DNA of 63,405 nt, counting the filler, from Octopus bimaculoides (lineage: Eukaryota): the NCBI RefSeq assembly GCF_001194135.2. It is 3 parts of 2 records of this genome, joined end to end, with 100 filler letters (N's around TTAATTAATTAA, not from the genome) between each part and the next. Parts side by side here need not be neighbours in the genome. Positions count along the whole stretch, not along the records: positions 46,802 to 63,405 come from NC_068981.1; 2 more parts are not named here. The stretch is one strand, 5' to 3'. Positions within the stretch are counted from its first letter, which is position 1, and each line of letters opens with the position of its first letter. The position numbers were made by a program, and so were the translations under genes. The notes beneath the pieces were generated by a model. The model saw only the letters and a list, made by a program, of their open reading frames with translations, was not told where the DNA came from and searched no databases. Positions 63,018-63,405 of this stretch are shown one piece after another.

Positions 63018-63405
63018 GTTAGCGACTTTGGGATCAAGGTAAACTGGGTGCCCAGAATTAGACCGGCTTGGAGGAGAAGGGTGTGGAAGCTTAAAGACCC
63101 TGCAAATGGACAGAGACTTAGAGACAAGTTACTTGAAGCATTTAACGAAATAGAAGGGGATATAGCATCATACAACGTGGAAGACAATTGGAGATTTCTG
63201 CGGGACAACCTGTTGAAAGCCACCGACCAGATTTGTGGGTGGTGTAAGGTCCCCTCCCGACCCAGAGTAACGTGGTGGTGGAACAAGGAGGTAGACAGGG
63301 CTATTAGACAAAAGAAACAGGCTTGGAAGGACTGGAAGAACGGTGGTAGCAGGAAATTGTACCAATGTGCCAGAAGGGAGGCTAGGCGACAGGTTTATTT
63401 AGCCA
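63018..63405 (+). CDS. RTE LINE ORF fragment (region between endonuclease and RT), uninterrupted, runs off the window
   Basis: Open frame VSDFGIKVNWVPRIRPAWRRRVWKLKDPANGQRLRDKLLEAFNEIEGDIASYNVEDNWRFLRDNLLKATDQICGWCKVPSRPRVTWWWNKEVDRAIRQKKQAWKDWKNGGSRKLYQCARREARRQVYLA, with the RTE-typical W..L and WWWN..V..A...KK.AW motifs. Missed by the ORF track because it has no stop inside the window. Confidence 0.9.

Overview
AT-rich, microsatellite-saturated animal genomic DNA with many N gaps. The SINE families and an RTE/Tc1 repertoire match what I recall from coleoid cephalopods, most likely Octopus (inference, not a database result). I cannot support any host protein-coding gene, rRNA, true tRNA gene or CRISPR array; most ORF-track entries are translations of (TA)n/(CA)n repeats or N runs. 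The window holds: several RTE-clade LINE fragments (one with an intact ORF at the right edge); a CR1/L2-type LINE 3' end; two Tc1/mariner fragments; more than 50 tRNA-derived SINE copies, often nested or in tandem arrays; and several Penelope-like terminal remnants. Best leads: (1) hammerhead-ribozyme motifs in about five diverged repeat families, including a tRNA-headed SINE-like element carrying a hammerhead (38342-38650), a near-complete motif at 22270-22334 and an inverted pair at 61704-62026; (2) a textbook recursive-splice (AG|GTAAGT) site with branch point and a 47-nt cryptic exon at 49822-49898; (3) SINE target-site duplications that all begin with the SINE's own tail sequence, plus serial insertion at one site; (4) a CpG-rich block bounded by two artificial scaffold linkers. 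All functional claims are untested inferences.
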